Shown: one piece after another, positions 29,280-38,512 of the stretch | How the letters are laid out: every line of letters begins with the position of its first letter | How positions within the stretch are numbered: the stretch's first letter is position 1 | From: an uncultured Chthonomonadaceae bacterium | GTDB lineage: Bacteria; Armatimonadota; Chthonomonadetes; Chthonomonadales; Chthonomonadaceae | DNA: 64,000 bases | NCBI GenBank assembly: GCA_963817895.1 | Contig: CAWFQB010000006.1 | Location: 144,708 to 208,707, forward strand | Direction: 5' to 3' | The notes under the pieces: generated by a model | The model's database searches: none | The model's input: only the letters and a program-made list of their open reading frames with translations | Told to the model about the DNA's origin: nothing | Program-made: the position numbers and the translations under genes

Positions 29280-29383
29280 AGAGCCTATCCCATCAGGCCG
29301 GGTACAAAGAACGTACCCGTCTGAGTGGCCTGCGGCCAAGCGTCCTTCGGACGCAAATGCAATCGCCTGTTGGGATAGGCTCT
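29280..29383. repeat. Multi-hairpin element, locus 2 (13-bp outer stem enclosing hairpins)
   Basis: Outer stem AGAGCCTATCCCA (29280-92) / TGGGATAGGCTCT (29371-83). Inside are CGGGTAC-N7-GTACCCG, GGCC-tgc-GGCC and GCGTCC-ttcg-GGACGC (29340-54). Confidence 0.8.
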
Positions 29384-29486
29384 AAATCAATCCCCAGGCT
29401 CGAATTACCGAAGAGACTATGGGCAAGGGAGTTTGCCAGAACCAGTTGACGTTCTCCACAAACCCGGCATGACGGAACTGTGCAGA

Positions 29487-29696
29487 TCAAGCGGCGCGAC
29501 GTGGCAAGGATTCCGTGCTATGCCGCATCAGATACTCCAGCGTTTCCGCCTGCATTTTCTCGATCTCCGCTTTATATCCACTCGCCACATAGGGAAATTC
29601 TTCCGGTGTCGCCGTGACGCGCAATTGCGCTAAAATCTTTTGAAAAGTCACAATCCGCTGTTGCATACCTTCCAATTCCTGATCACTGCATATCAT
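29487..29696 (-). CDS. Small helical protein overlapping the 3' end of the nucleotidyltransferase gene
   Basis: ORF 29487..29777. The ATG at 29696 (MICSDQELEGMQQRIVTFQKIL..) overlaps the upstream stop by 14 nt. 69 aa. No Rx4-6H HEPN motif seen. Confidence 0.45.
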   Translation of the reverse strand: MICSDQELEGMQQRIVTFQKILAQLRVTATPEEFPYVASGYKAEIEKMQAETLEYLMRHSTESLPRRAA

Positions 29697-30144
29697 CGTT
29701 TCTCTCCCCAATGATTTCAACAATACCGCGCCGCGTCTGATCGCGCTTGATTTGCCAGTACGCGAGAAATTCCTCAACGGTTTCCAATATCAGCAGCGAC
29801 GGGCGCGTATAAAAAATGCTCGCGCCCAACGCAACATCCGCCTGTTCATCGTCGAACAACAGTTTCGCTTCTCCTTCACAGGCTGTAACGTTGAAATCAT
29901 CTCGCATCACCAGAATTACATCAACGTCATTCGGCGCATCCTTTGCGGTGATGTAGCTGCCAAACAATACGAATCGCTGTACTTTGCCCGTCGCATGCGC
30001 CAGATGATAGATACGCAACAGACGCGATGTAACCGCCTGCCGCTGAACACCGCCCTCGCCAAAACGCTCAACCACTTCCTGTAAGTTTGCCGGATGAACG
30101 CCAGGCGGTAGGTCGCCAACCGCATTGAAAACAGGCAGAGGCAA
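29683..30144 (-). CDS. Polymerase-beta-fold nucleotidyltransferase (DUF6932-like)
   Basis: 153 aa. N-terminal F..VGDLPPGVH.A.L.EV.ERFG, then VLFGSYITAKDAPNDVDVILV (GS...D.D NTase motif). Confidence 0.6.
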   Translation of the reverse strand: MPLPVFNAVGDLPPGVHPANLQEVVERFGEGGVQRQAVTSRLLRIYHLAHATGKVQRFVLFGSYITAKDAPNDVDVILVMRDDFNVTACEGEAKLLFDDEQADVALGASIFYTRPSLLILETVEEFLAYWQIKRDQTRRGIVEIIGERNDDMQ

Positions 30145-30488
30145 GTGACTTCTCCTTATTCATAGACTGCTTCTATTTGTTGAGGCAGGAATGGTCACGG
30201 TGATTGTACGCTCGTTCCAAAACGCCCCGCCCTGTGCTTGAACGGACACACCTTTAATCTGTAATGCCTGCTGATAAAACGTGTGATTTGCCAGTTCGGT
30301 TTGCGTAAAATCAGTAGTTTCGCTGATGCCACGAATTGTGTTGTCCCTTCGTGTGTAACTAACTCTGCGTCAAGGCAGCCAAAAGCGGAAACAGTCGTTG
30401 ATGCTTCCTCAGAAACTTTCGGTTATAGGTCTAAGACAGACACGGTTCATTCCTCAGAAGTGTACATAGCGTAACAAGGATAACTGAA

Positions 30489-30926
30489 CTAGCCCCACAG
30501 ACTACTGTGAAGCCAAAGAGGGAGGAACATGAACAGGGGAACAGCAAAGATCAGTGCGCAGCTCGTGCCTGGATTTGCTCCAGAGTTCGACTTCGTGGGT
30601 TTGCGCTGATAGCAAGCACTGTGATAGTAGCGAGTGACAGTAGTCGTGTAGGATTCACCATCACCATAAGTCGATCCTACCTGCGCCTCTTCTGTAACAG
30701 CCTTATCCTCAATCAAATAAAAGCCACAACTTCTGTCACAACTTCGACATATCAGTGGATGTCCACAAGTTGGACAAGAAAAGTGAAAGTAGTCTTCGTG
30801 CTGTCTTTTATGTTGAACTATATCCTTAACTGTAAACCTGTATTTACAGGTAGGGCAGGTCTGCTCCGGCGACATTTTGTTGTAGCAAGTATAGTGACCC
30901 CCTTTGTCAAGACAAATTTTCGTCAT
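30489..30926 (-). CDS. Cys-rich (multiple CxxC) protein with C-terminal membrane helix
   Basis: 145 aa. CPTC, CPTC and CRSC pairs suggest zinc ribbons. C-terminal ALIFAVPLFMFLPLWL. AT-richer codon usage than the flanks. Confidence 0.5.
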   Translation of the reverse strand: MTKICLDKGGHYTCYNKMSPEQTCPTCKYRFTVKDIVQHKRQHEDYFHFSCPTCGHPLICRSCDRSCGFYLIEDKAVTEEAQVGSTYGDGESYTTTVTRYYHSACYQRKPTKSNSGANPGTSCALIFAVPLFMFLPLWLHSSLWG

Positions 30927-30959
30927 GTTTAAGGTGGTCGCCGCATCGGTTGTTTTGCT

Positions 30960-31913
30960 CTAGCAACCGAGCGCTTGTTGATACACTTGGGCTGGTGTTT
31001 TGTAGGCCAGCGCTTGGTGCGGACGCGCTTCATTATAGAACTGGAAGTAGCTGTGCAATCCGTTGTACACGGCTTTTGGCGTTTCGTAGCCTTTGAGATA
31101 CACGTCTTCGTATTTGACCGTTCGCCACAAGCGTTCCACGAAGATGTTGTCCAGCGCCCGGCCTCGTCCATCCATGCTGATGGTAATGTCGGCGGATAGC
31201 AAGCGACCCGTGAACTCCTTGCTGGTAAATTGGACGCCCTGATCCGAATTGAAGATCATGGGCTTACCGCTTCCCAGAGCCTGATCCAGTCCTTCGCAGC
31301 AAAAAGCCGTGTCGAGCGTGTTGGACAATTGCCACGTCAGAACGAAGCGACTGTACCAATCGATAATGGCAAACAGGTAGACAAATCCTTTCTCTAAGGG
31401 AATATAGGTGATGTCGCAACTCCACACCTGATTGACTGCGTTTATCTTGACGCCGCGCAAAAGGTACGGGTAGATGGGATTTTCAGGATGCGGGCGGCTC
31501 GTATTCGGGCCGGGAACCATGGCCTGCAATCCCATAACCTGCATCAAGCGGGCAATCCGCTTCTTGTTGACAAGATGCCCGTCTTCGCGCAAGACATGAA
31601 CCATCTTCCGGTAGCCGAAGAATGGATGCTTGGTATACTCCTTATCTATGAGCTGCATGAGAAGCAGATTGAACGCGTTTTCACCTGTTGGCTGGTAGTA
31701 GTAGCCGGAACGCGACAGACCGAGCAGTTCACATTGACGCCCAATGCTCAGATGCGGATGCCCGACTTCCACGCGCTGCCGCAGCGTCTCAACCGAGGCG
31801 ACCTGATTTTTTTTTGAGCCAGTCCAGTTCAACCTTGAGTTGGCCGATCTGCTGGTAAAGTTGGGCTTCTTTCTCTTCCTGGTCTTTGGTGTCTTTGACG
31901 CGCTTATCGGCAA
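30960..31913 (-). CDS. IS3-family transposase OrfB (rve/DDE integrase core)
   Basis: 317-aa ORF with WSCDITYIPL, NSDQGVQFTS and YNEARPHQALAYKTP blocks. It overlaps orfA across an A9 run. Confidence 0.85.
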   Translation of the reverse strand: MPISASKTPKTRKRKKPNFTSRSANSRLNWTGSKKNQVASVETLRQRVEVGHPHLSIGRQCELLGLSRSGYYYQPTGENAFNLLLMQLIDKEYTKHPFFGYRKMVHVLREDGHLVNKKRIARLMQVMGLQAMVPGPNTSRPHPENPIYPYLLRGVKINAVNQVWSCDITYIPLEKGFVYLFAIIDWYSRFVLTWQLSNTLDTAFCCEGLDQALGSGKPMIFNSDQGVQFTSKEFTGRLLSADITISMDGRGRALDNIFVERLWRTVKYEDVYLKGYETPKAVYNGLHSYFQFYNEARPHQALAYKTPAQVYQQALGC

Positions 31914-32079
31914 AGACCGTAGGCAAACTGTCGAGCAGTTGCTTTTTCCACTGCATCAGCAGATTGGGATGCACTTGCGCGTCACTGGCAATCTCGGCAA
32001 GAGTGTGGTTGCCTTTGACCACTTCCAAAGCCAGTTTTGCTTTGAACTCGGCAGAATAGCGTTTACGGATGGTAGACAT
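31789..32079 (-). CDS. IS3-family transposase OrfA (HTH)
   Basis: 96 aa. RYSAEFKAKLALEVVKG..TLAEIA....HPNLLMQWKKQ plus a leucine-zipper-like end LKVELDWLKKK. Confidence 0.85.
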   Translation of the reverse strand: MSTIRKRYSAEFKAKLALEVVKGNHTLAEIASDAQVHPNLLMQWKKQLLDSLPTVFADKRVKDTKDQEEKEAQLYQQIGQLKVELDWLKKKSGRLG

Positions 32080-32147
32080 AGTGGGTTCTCCTGTGTTTAT
32101 TGTGACACAGCCACCACCTTAAACCACTGTCCGAATTCTTGGGGTCA

Positions 32148-32378
32148 TTATAAAGTTTCACATACGTAGTGAAAGGCATGATTAATGTCGGAAGTTTGTT
32201 CAGGATTTGGAGGACAGATTTCAGTTTCGTAAATAGTGTAAGCTTTTAGATTTGTAACATTGCTGCTACACACATAACAACTTACGGTTCGCGATATAAC
32301 TCGGTGGCAATGCGGACAGTTTTCCAGCACTGAACTCATGGGCTTGTTACAAAACTGACACTGCTTCAACTCCGCCAT
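32148..32378 (-). CDS. Small zinc-ribbon protein
   Basis: 76 aa. CQFC..N15..CPHC and further Cys. AT-richer region. Confidence 0.45.
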   Translation of the reverse strand: MAELKQCQFCNKPMSSVLENCPHCHRVISRTVSCYVCSSNVTNLKAYTIYETEICPPNPEQTSDINHAFHYVCETL

Positions 32379-32411
32379 TGCCTGCTCCTATGTTGATTGG
32401 CACTTGTGTGT

Positions 32412-33035
32412 TTACATCAAGCCCCACTGCTGCCAGATGCTTTCCTGCGTGGGTAAGGGATTTTGCCAGAGCCAGTTTACGTTGATCCACAATCCCGGCA
32501 CGACGGAACTGTGGTAAATTCCATTGGCGTCCGCAGGCACGAGTTTATATGCGCCATTTGCCTGCAACTGGTAGAACAACGCTTCCGTTTTGGCCTGATC
32601 CAGAACCCAGTATTCCGGTACGCCGCGCCGCTCGTATTCATCCCGCTTTGTGACGCGATCCTGCCTGCCGCTGCCGGGGCTGACGATTTCAATGGCAAGG
32701 TCCGCAGGGCCATCGAGATAGGCGTTGCGCAAGCGATGCAGATTTGCGGTGGCAAGAAACAAAATGTCTGGTTCGCGTCCGGTGCTTGCGCCGACTTTCA
32801 TAAGCAATCTTTCGTAGAACACTTCGCCCAACTGATGCTTTTCCACGAGAAACGACAGCACATTCAGCAGCAAGCGTCCCAACCGTTGATGCGCCACAGT
32901 CACCGGACTCATGTATTCTACTTTCCCTTCGACAAGTTCAACGCGCGTATCCTCTTCCAGCATCAACGCCCATTCGAGAAACTCCTCGAACGTCATGCTG
33001 TGCGGAACCAAATCGCGTGGCATTGCAACGGTCAT
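32412..33035 (-). CDS. Uma2 (DUF820) family putative endonuclease
   Basis: 207 aa. MTFEEFLEW......ELVEGKVEYMSP....H and PDILF.....E.VSP motifs are typical of Uma2. Confidence 0.75.
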   Translation of the reverse strand: MTVAMPRDLVPHSMTFEEFLEWALMLEEDTRVELVEGKVEYMSPVTVAHQRLGRLLLNVLSFLVEKHQLGEVFYERLLMKVGASTGREPDILFLATANLHRLRNAYLDGPADLAIEIVSPGSGRQDRVTKRDEYERRGVPEYWVLDQAKTEALFYQLQANGAYKLVPADANGIYHSSVVPGLWINVNWLWQNPLPTQESIWQQWGLM

Positions 33036-33081
33036 GCTATTTCCTTTCTATCTCAGGCACAAGGCACTGGCAAATGAAGGT

Positions 33082-35562
33082 TTAGCGGTTGAACAGGAAG
33101 GCGGGGCTGTTGATGAGCGCCCACATCAAGTCCTGCGCGCCTTCCATGCGAGTTGCCGATTTTTTGAGATGGTTCTGCGCGTTCGCCATTTCCTTTGCGT
33201 TTGGCAGCCGGGACACGACAGACAGGAAAATCTCTTCAATCAGCTTCTGGTCGGAGGGATTGGGCTTCATCAACTGCGCCAGTCGGCCAGTCGGCGCGGC
33301 AATGGCATCGGAAATGGTTGGGCCGTTAATGAGGTTCAGCGCCTGCCCCAAACTGACCGTGCTGGAACGCTCGCACTCGCAGGGCGTTTCCCGCGCGGGC
33401 TTGCCGAACAGGTCCAGAAAGCCGTCGTTTGCCCCTGATTTGGCATCGGGCAGGGCTTGCGCAAAGGTTCCCGTCGGCAAGCCTGCAAAAACCGCGTCCG
33501 TTCCCGTCGCGAGATGAATGGCGTCGTACAACTGCTCGGCTTCCAATCGGCGGGGAATGGCGTGAGAGAAGTTGGTTTTGTCGTCCACGTTCCACTTGCT
33601 GCTCTGGATGGACGCCTGATACGTCCGCGAAAGGACAATTTGGCGCATGACGTGTTTCAGGTCGAAGCCGCTGTTCACGAAATCTTTGTTCAAGGCTTCC
33701 AGCAGTTCCGGGTTGCTCGGCGGATTGGAGGCGCGAATGTCGTCAACCGGGTCAATAATTCCCTTGCCGAGGAAGTAACTCCATACGCGGTTTACCATGG
33801 CCCGCGAAAAGAACGGATTATCCTTTGAGGTCAGCCAATCGGCGAAAGCGTCCCGGCGTTCGGTTCCGGTTTTGAAATCTGCCGTTGTGGTCAAATGCCC
33901 GACGGGAACGAGGGGCGCGACTGCCATCGCCGTTTTCGGGTGCATCACTTCGCCGCCCGCTTTGTCGTACACCACTTCGTCACCCGGCTGCGTTCCCGGC
34001 TTGAAACTGACCTGCGAGAAGAACGCGCCGAACTGGTAATACTGGTTCTGCGTCCATTTCTCGAACGGGTGGTCGTGGCACTTGTTGCACGAAAAGCGGA
34101 CGCCCAAAAATAGCTGCGTGACGTTCTCGGTTGCGGTTGAGGTGTCGCGGACAACGCGCAAATAGTTGGCGGGCGCGTTCTCATAAGCGTCGCCCGTCGC
34201 GGTAATCATGGAACGGACAAACTTGTCGTAGGGCATGTTTTCGGCAACGGCGGAGTGTATCCAGTTGCGGAACTTACGGACACCCTTGTCGCCTAAATAC
34301 TTGCTGTTGCAGTCCAGCAGGTCGGCCCATTTGTTGGTCCAGCGGTCGGCAAACGCGGGCGAAGCCAGCAGCGCGTCAATCATCTTTTCGCGTTTGGCCG
34401 AAGAGGGAGTTTTGTCTTCGATGAAGGCGCGGGCGGCCTCGGATGTGGGCGGCAGGCCGGTCAGGTCAATGGACACGCGGCGCAGGAACGTGGCGTCATC
34501 GCACAAACCGGACGGCAGCGCCTTGACCTTTTGCAGTTTCTTATCCACGAGCGTATCAATGTAGTTGTTGTCCGCCGCCTGCGCCCATTTGTAGCCCGTC
34601 CGGTCGCCAAGAACTGTAAGCGGCGTCGTGGCATATGTGCCTTCGTAGCGCACGAGCAGGGCCGCTTCCCCGCGCCGTACTGCGGTAATTTCGCCGCTCG
34701 GTTTCACGGTTGCGGTTTCCGGCATACTGCTGGTCAGCACCGCCTCGCGGGTTACGTCCCGCGTCATGCCATTGGGATAATGCGCAAGCACGAGCGTTTT
34801 CTGCGTCAGGCCGGGAAGGGTCAGGTTCGGCACACTCGGCAATACTTCCAGACTTGCCACGCGCTTTGTTTTCCCCGTATCCGAAACAACGCCCTCGGTA
34901 ATCCACTGCTTTAACACGTTGTAGTAGCGCGAACCGGGAAGAATCACCTGCCCGCCCTTGTGCGCCACTTCGCCCGTCGGCTTGAGCAGCATCAGGGATT
35001 GCGCCGGGTCAGTGCGATTGAACCGCCGCGCTTCGATGTCATCTATCAGGGCATGGTGGTCAAAGACGGGATCGTAGCCGCGCAGACTGAGTTTGAACCC
35101 GTTCTTGCCTTTTGCCGAGCCGTGACACGTTCCCGCGTTACACCCGGCCTTGCTCAAAATCGGCATGATGTCGCGCGTGAAACTGACGGGCGGCGAAGTC
35201 ATGCTTTTCACCAGCACCGGCACAACCGCCGTTTGCCCCGCAGCGGAAACCACAAGCCTGGTCGCGCCCACCTTTACCGGCTGCACATACCCGTCCCTAT
35301 CCATCTGCACAATCGGCGCGGCAGGCTTCACAACCGCCAGCGAGGATAAATCCACCGCGTACCCCGACGCGGTTTTTCCGGTCACGACAAATGAACGCGC
35401 GTCCCGGCTATCCAGCAGCGTCAGCGACGACGGCTGCACGGACAGCGAAACGATCTTCGGCAGCGCGGGCTTTTTCGGGGCCGCGTCTTCCGCAAAGCCC
35501 GCAGAACTCAACGCGCAGCAGGCCGCCACAAACGGCAGTAGTGAAATTCGGAATGTAGGCAT
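33082..35562 (-). CDS. DUF1549/DUF1553 (PSCyt2/PSD1) protein with Big_2 domains
   Basis: 826-aa intact ORF with a signal peptide. FLRRVSIDLTGLPPTSEAARAFIED is the DUF1549 block. FLGVRFSCNKCHDHPFEKWTQNQYY is the DUF1553 block. Confidence 0.85.
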   Translation of the reverse strand: MPTFRISLLPFVAACCALSSAGFAEDAAPKKPALPKIVSLSVQPSSLTLLDSRDARSFVVTGKTASGYAVDLSSLAVVKPAAPIVQMDRDGYVQPVKVGATRLVVSAAGQTAVVPVLVKSMTSPPVSFTRDIMPILSKAGCNAGTCHGSAKGKNGFKLSLRGYDPVFDHHALIDDIEARRFNRTDPAQSLMLLKPTGEVAHKGGQVILPGSRYYNVLKQWITEGVVSDTGKTKRVASLEVLPSVPNLTLPGLTQKTLVLAHYPNGMTRDVTREAVLTSSMPETATVKPSGEITAVRRGEAALLVRYEGTYATTPLTVLGDRTGYKWAQAADNNYIDTLVDKKLQKVKALPSGLCDDATFLRRVSIDLTGLPPTSEAARAFIEDKTPSSAKREKMIDALLASPAFADRWTNKWADLLDCNSKYLGDKGVRKFRNWIHSAVAENMPYDKFVRSMITATGDAYENAPANYLRVVRDTSTATENVTQLFLGVRFSCNKCHDHPFEKWTQNQYYQFGAFFSQVSFKPGTQPGDEVVYDKAGGEVMHPKTAMAVAPLVPVGHLTTTADFKTGTERRDAFADWLTSKDNPFFSRAMVNRVWSYFLGKGIIDPVDDIRASNPPSNPELLEALNKDFVNSGFDLKHVMRQIVLSRTYQASIQSSKWNVDDKTNFSHAIPRRLEAEQLYDAIHLATGTDAVFAGLPTGTFAQALPDAKSGANDGFLDLFGKPARETPCECERSSTVSLGQALNLINGPTISDAIAAPTGRLAQLMKPNPSDQKLIEEIFLSVVSRLPNAKEMANAQNHLKKSATRMEGAQDLMWALINSPAFLFNR

Positions 35563-35601
35563 AAGAGCATCCTTGATAAGCGCTAAAAAGTAAAGAAGAA
35601 A

Positions 35602-37056
35602 TTACTTTGCCGCGCGTTTGATGGCGAGCGGGACGGGCGTGAAGGCTTTGGCGAGTTCGCCTGTGGGCAGGTTGTACAGGCGTACCTGTCCGTCGAAGCC
35701 GCCCGTTGCCAGTTGTTTGCTGTCGGGGCTGAAGGTCAGGGCGTACAACACGCCGGAGTGGCCTTTCAGCGTGGCGACTTTCGCGCCGTCTGCGGCTTTG
35801 TACACGTTGACCACATCCGCTTCGCCGCCAACCGCGATCATGCTGGCGTCCGGGCTGAACGCGATACAGGTGGCGACTCCGGGCTGCCGCTCGAACGCGC
35901 GCAGCAGATTATGGTCTTCCTGATTCATCGTGCGAACTGCGGTGCGGAACACTTTGTACAGGCGGGGTATGCCGTCGTCCCCCGCGCAAACCACCTGATC
36001 GAACTTGGGATTGCGGGCCATGCAGCGGTACGGGCTTGTGTGGGTATTGATGTCGTCAATGAACGACGCGCCCTGTACCTGCGTGAGCTTTATGGCGGAA
36101 TCGCGCCCCGTGCTGAGAACGTGCAGGTTGTGCTTGTCGTCCTCCATAAAGGCGGTCGCGAATATCCAGTCGCTGTGGTTGTCGAGCCGCATGAGGGGGC
36201 GTCCGTCGGGAACGGTTACGACGCGCAGGCTGTTGTCGGCGCAGCCAAAAGCGAGGTCTTTGCTGTCGGGCGAAAACGACGCGCCGAACAGGGTATCCGC
36301 TGTCATTTGCACGGTATTGGCCTGCTTGTTGGTGACCGTGTCCCAAAACTGGATTTCCCCGGAACGCGCCGGGGAACCGCCCACTGCCGCCAGCAATTTG
36401 CCGTCCGGCGAATAGGCGAGAGACAAAATCTTTTCTGACTGTCCGACAAGCCGCGCCACAAGCCCGGAACCATCCGCTTTGTGCAGCAGAATTTCGCGGT
36501 ACCCCGATACCGCCAGCGTATTGCCGTCATTGGCATACGCAAGCGCGGTAATCACGGGCGGCTTCAAATAGACGGGCGGATGCGCGGCGTCAATGCTGTC
36601 TTTCACGACGGGCGAGTCGTCCGTCGCGCCCTGCGCGATCCACGAGCGGAACAGGCCGAGTTCCTCGTTGGAAAGCGGCGGGCCACCCTTGGGCATCAGG
36701 TCGCGCTTGCCGGTCAGATACTCCATGAGGGTACTGGCTTCGGGCTTTTTGCGTATGATACACGCGCCGCTTCCGCCACCCCGCATTACATCCGCGTAGG
36801 AGGTCATGACGTACTTGCCGCTGGCAATATTTCCCTGATGGCAGCCCTGACATTTGCCCTGAATGATGGGCCGAACCTGCTTGTAGTAACTGATTGGCGT
36901 GGTTTTCAGAGTTGTTTTCGCATCGTCAGCGTGGGCGGAAGCGGGTAGAAGCGGTAGTAATACTGCCGTGACCATGCCGGTCAACCGCAGAGCGCGAATG
37001 GTGAAAGTCGAGGCAGTAAAAAGGGCGTGTGACAAACGCATATATTTCCTCGGCAA
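35602..37056 (-). CDS. Planctomycete-type cytochrome c domain (PSCyt1) + WD40 repeat protein
   Basis: 484 aa. QVRPIIQGKCQGCHQ (CxxCH) followed by repeated WD40-like blades (..SPDGK.LA.GG.D..V..Y). Confidence 0.8.
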   Translation of the reverse strand: MPRKYMRLSHALFTASTFTIRALRLTGMVTAVLLPLLPASAHADDAKTTLKTTPISYYKQVRPIIQGKCQGCHQGNIASGKYVMTSYADVMRGGGSGACIIRKKPEASTLMEYLTGKRDLMPKGGPPLSNEELGLFRSWIAQGATDDSPVVKDSIDAAHPPVYLKPPVITALAYANDGNTLAVSGYREILLHKADGSGLVARLVGQSEKILSLAYSPDGKLLAAVGGSPARSGEIQFWDTVTNKQANTVQMTADTLFGASFSPDSKDLAFGCADNSLRVVTVPDGRPLMRLDNHSDWIFATAFMEDDKHNLHVLSTGRDSAIKLTQVQGASFIDDINTHTSPYRCMARNPKFDQVVCAGDDGIPRLYKVFRTAVRTMNQEDHNLLRAFERQPGVATCIAFSPDASMIAVGGEADVVNVYKAADGAKVATLKGHSGVLYALTFSPDSKQLATGGFDGQVRLYNLPTGELAKAFTPVPLAIKRAAK

Positions 37057-37396
37057 TGAGTAACGAAGCAGAGAGTGACAAACACTGCCAATCCAAAATG
37101 ACCGGGCGGCGTTTGCTTCACGATTGGTTTATGAGACAATCAAACGCGCGTGTAGTTTCATTATAACGGCATAAAGTTCGTATAGCAACTCTTTTCATCT
37201 GGCAGTCTGCGAGAAGTTGGGCGAAACAGCCGGAGGGAGGAACAAAATCAGTTGAAAATACAGACAAAGATGTTGCGATTCTCCTTTCCTGCTGCTATAC
37301 TGAACAGGTAGTATACATTTGACGGCGTGTAATGCCGGGACATTGCCGCCGTCATCCACTTTGCCTGTGTTTGTTTACCATTGGGAGGATTGCATT

Positions 37397-37747
37397 ATGC
37401 TGCGTTTGCAGGAGGGGGAAGCGGTTAAGATTGTGGAGCGGCCAGCCGTTGCCGCCGATACGAAGAGCGGGTTGTACTTTGCGCATTACAAGAATTTGTC
37501 CGGCACGATTTTCAAACTTTACGGGAGTGGCGAAACACAACAGGCCGCGATTGACGTGGAACTGGAAACGCTGCCGGAAGACGTGTCGCGCCGCCATCTG
37601 GAAACCCGCGACGCGATGTACCAGAGTTTGACCGGAGACGCCAAAAAGCAGAGCGCGCCCGGTATGCCCGGCGAGTTCCGCCTGCGCTATATTGTCCTCG
37701 TCAGCGTGGCCGACCTGAAACGCCGCGCCATCACCTCGAAGAACTGA
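37397..37747 (+). CDS. Hypothetical protein
   Basis: ORF 37319..37747. The ATG at 37397 follows GGGAGGA. 116 aa, no family recognised. Its TGA stop overlaps the first base of the IS630 terminal repeat. Confidence 0.5.
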   Translation: MLRLQEGEAVKIVERPAVAADTKSGLYFAHYKNLSGTIFKLYGSGETQQAAIDVELETLPEDVSRRHLETRDAMYQSLTGDAKKQSAPGMPGEFRLRYIVLVSVADLKRRAITSKN

Positions 37748-37855
37748 AATTCACCACCTGTTGCGCTAGAGACACAGAGAGGGAACACAGAGAAAGGAAG
37801 AGAATAGATTGCGGTTTATCTCTCCTTCTATCTCATTGGCTTCTTCTCTGTGTCT

Positions 37856-38512
37856 CTAAGTAGGCCGTTGTTGTAAGTTCGTAGTTTTCTCTTGTGCCTG
37901 GCGCAGATGCTCGGCCTTTTCTTGTAGCGCCTTGTCTACAGCGGCTTTGAGGTCGGCCACTTCTTTATAACTGCGTGTGGGCATCTGGTGATGCTTGATC
38001 GCGTTCCAGATCGGCTCGATCTCGGAGAGTTCCGGCGAGTAGGACGGCAGCGACACCACGAAAACGTCGGCGGCTTCGAGTTGCGGCAGGGCGTCTTGAA
38101 CCGTCTGGCTCTTGTGAACCGAGTAGTTGTCCACGATCACCATCAGCGGACGCTCCCGTTTCCAGTCGTCTTCGGACTTGGCCGGGCGTCCGGCTAAACG
38201 CCAGAGGAAGGCCACATAGCGTTCGGCATCAATGGCTCCAATCTCGTCTACGGTCAAGCCATAGCTTGCCGCCACTTGTTCGGGCGTCTTGCGCTTGGCT
38301 TTACGGGCATGGGGCGGCAGTTGCGCCCAACTCTGATATACGAAGCGACCGGCCAACGGCCCATGCGAAAAGTAGCCGCCGATAGCGTTGACGCGCCTTC
38401 CCTGCGGCGCTTCATAAGGAATGTTCAAACGTTCCCCGATGGGAAACCAACTATAACACACGGGCAAGGTGGGCGCAAATCCGGCTTCATCGACATCGAC
38501 CACGTCAATCAA
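37856..38512 (-). CDS. IS630-family transposase, DDE domain part
   Basis: 218 aa. DEAGF.., VIVDNYSVHKS and LPSYSPELSEIEPIWNAIKH are typical of IS630/Tc1-like DDE_3. Confidence 0.8.
   Translation of the reverse strand: MIDVVDVDEAGFAPTLPVCYSWFPIGERLNIPYEAPQGRRVNAIGGYFSHGPLAGRFVYQSWAQLPPHARKAKRKTPEQVAASYGLTVDEIGAIDAERYVAFLWRLAGRPAKSEDDWKRERPLMVIVDNYSVHKSQTVQDALPQLEAADVFVVSLPSYSPELSEIEPIWNAIKHHQMPTRSYKEVADLKAAVDKALQEKAEHLRQAQEKTTNLQQRPT

Larger units (their letters stand above)
30926..32126 (-). mobile_element. IS3-family insertion sequence (~1.2 kb)
   Basis: orfA/orfB arrangement. Imperfect terminal inverted repeats TGTTTAAGGTGGTCGCCGCATC (30926..) and the reverse complement of 32126.. (TGGTTTAAGGTGGTGGCTGTGTC), about 20/24 matching, with TG..CA ends. 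Boundaries are +/-3 nt. No clear target duplication. Confidence 0.8.
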
